Of a stretch of 64,000 bases of DNA, positions 62,806 through 64,000 are shown in pieces. The notes under the pieces were generated by a model. The model was not told the DNA's origin, did no database searches, and saw nothing but the letters and a program-made list of their open reading frames with translations. Both the position numbers and the translations under genes were made by a program. Position 1 is the stretch's first letter; each line of letters opens with the position of its first letter. The stretch lies in sequence record NC_048053.1; one strand, given 5' to 3'.

Positions 62806-63843
62806 ATGTCGGACAAGTCCAATCTTACGGGCGGTCAGACTGAGGAAGTTTTAGATACTCTGCTTTATGATTCATTACGCGAGATTGTAGAAAATACAGA
62901 CTTGTTTGATGTTCAGCTTGTCTATCTCCTTAGTTTGATCACTTCGAATAAAAAACGTAAGCCGTACAATGCTGAAACTCGCGAGCGTGCTATTAGTCTT
63001 GTGATTAAAACTCTGACTACTCCACGCGAAATGCGAATGCAGTATCTGGTTGAAGTGAAGATGGAGCGCAACTTCATCTACATCTTTTTGGAAAATGTTC
63101 TGAACAAGTATTATCGCACCTATGTTGATTTGTATCGCATGTTCATTTCAACAACGGATAGCGATAAGCGTCAGATATATGCAAAACGTTTGGATGTGAT
63201 TGTTCGTGCTACTGGTGCAAGTTCGCGTTCAAAACTTTTTGTAGCGCTTGTTCGTTTGAATGATATGTTGCCTTTGTTCAAAGACTATTTTCATTCTGTC
63301 GTTGCTGATTTCTATCGCTTGTGTCAAAAACACGCGAAGTTTTATATCGACACGAACAAAGGAAAACAATTTGATAGCAAGGATGTGAATCAAAATTTCC
63401 TCCGCAATGTGTTAATTGCAATAAATAAATACGATAGTGCTAAAGGCGCAATCGTTAGTTATGTTAAGTGGTGGATTCTCAACGCACAAACGTGTAGTAG
63501 TAGCGATCACGAATATGGTATCGCCTACACAATTCCGCAAACGCAGAAGAAACGTTTGGCAACGAAAGAAGACACTACTTCCGTGAATTTTTCTGTCAGT
63601 CTTGATACTCCGACGAATGAAACTTCTGATGAGGGGATGGACGCATCCCTTCACAATAAAATGGGCAGCGAAAACCTTGAAGATTCAGTTAACGGAACGA
63701 GACAGGCAGAGAAACTTGGCCTGTTGGTGAAACGTGTTGATCCATTCGGAATCGCTCGCCTGACTATGGATATTCGGGAAGCATTCGAAAAGGAAGAATT
63801 GGATTTCATGCAAGCCTACATGCGCCGACAAGACTTGTCGTAA
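62806..63843 (+). CDS. Sigma70-family RNA polymerase sigma factor
   Basis: Region 2 NVLIAINKYDSAKGAIVSYVKWWILNA; region 3.2 VSLDTP; no evident region-4 HTH. Confidence 0.8.
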   Translation: MSDKSNLTGGQTEEVLDTLLYDSLREIVENTDLFDVQLVYLLSLITSNKKRKPYNAETRERAISLVIKTLTTPREMRMQYLVEVKMERNFIYIFLENVLNKYYRTYVDLYRMFISTTDSDKRQIYAKRLDVIVRATGASSRSKLFVALVRLNDMLPLFKDYFHSVVADFYRLCQKHAKFYIDTNKGKQFDSKDVNQNFLRNVLIAINKYDSAKGAIVSYVKWWILNAQTCSSSDHEYGIAYTIPQTQKKRLATKEDTTSVNFSVSLDTPTNETSDEGMDASLHNKMGSENLEDSVNGTRQAEKLGLLVKRVDPFGIARLTMDIREAFEKEELDFMQAYMRRQDLS

Positions 63844-63853
63844 AACTAACACG

Positions 63854-63865
63854 AATCTGTAAACG
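63854..63865 (+). promoter_or_regulatory. AATCTGTAAAC motif
   Basis: About 39 nt upstream of ATG 63904. Confidence 0.6.
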
Positions 63866-63903
63866 TTAAGTATACCGATTCAACTCAATATTGAGGATTA
63901 AAC

Positions 63904-64000
63904 ATGGCCCGTGGTTTTGATGCCGTTTCTGATAACTCCAGTCGCGATAACCTGCGTGAAAGCGATCTGTGGGAAATCTACCCGCTCGCGAAGAAAGCGG
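63904..64000 (+). CDS. Partial CDS (MARGFDAVSDNSSRDNLRES...), runs off the right edge
   Basis: GAGG RBS; open to the window end. Confidence 0.7.
   Translation, partial: MARGFDAVSDNSSRDNLRESDLWEIYPLAKKA

Overview
This window is a 64-kb, gene-dense segment of a large contractile-tailed dsDNA phage (jumbo myophage). Almost everything from 1 to 51642 is on the minus strand. From 51786 onward genes are on the plus strand, except the primase. Recognisable genes: tail sheath (runs off the left edge), family A DNA polymerase with an N-terminal UDG-like domain, DnaN-like clamp, DnaX-like clamp loader, DnaG-type primase, UvsW-like SF2 helicase, SbcC/SbcD (gp46/gp47-like) pair, RuvC, Cas4-like exonuclease, a 1944-aa SNF2-type protein, sigma70-like factor, GH108 endolysin, Tlde1-like protein, ADP-ribosyltransferase-like protein, Acb1-like 2H phosphoesterase, DHH, SLOG and HAD nucleotide enzymes, a J-domain protein and histone H1-like proteins. 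From memory, this gene content resembles the phiRSL1/Lu11/PaBG/Erwinia Y3/Dickeya JA group; that is an inference, not a search result. I saw no tRNA, rRNA, CRISPR array or intact transposon. The most interesting unexplained signals are: (1) a shared N-terminal peptide, M-x-[IV]-x-[IVF]-S-[LI]-S-[AK] or S-[TV]-S-A, on about 10 otherwise unrelated proteins, which looks like a capsid-targeting or maturation signal for injected effectors; (2) a protein that ends in what looks like the WED/REC half of TnpB with no RuvC; (3) a ~250-nt GC-rich, switch-like structured intergenic element; (4) two candidate promoter motifs (AATCTGTAAA and TAATTTT) that split replication genes from virion genes; (5) a second, minimal Pol A-like gene next to the largest non-coding gap. 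All functional calls come from reading motifs by eye; no database search was run.
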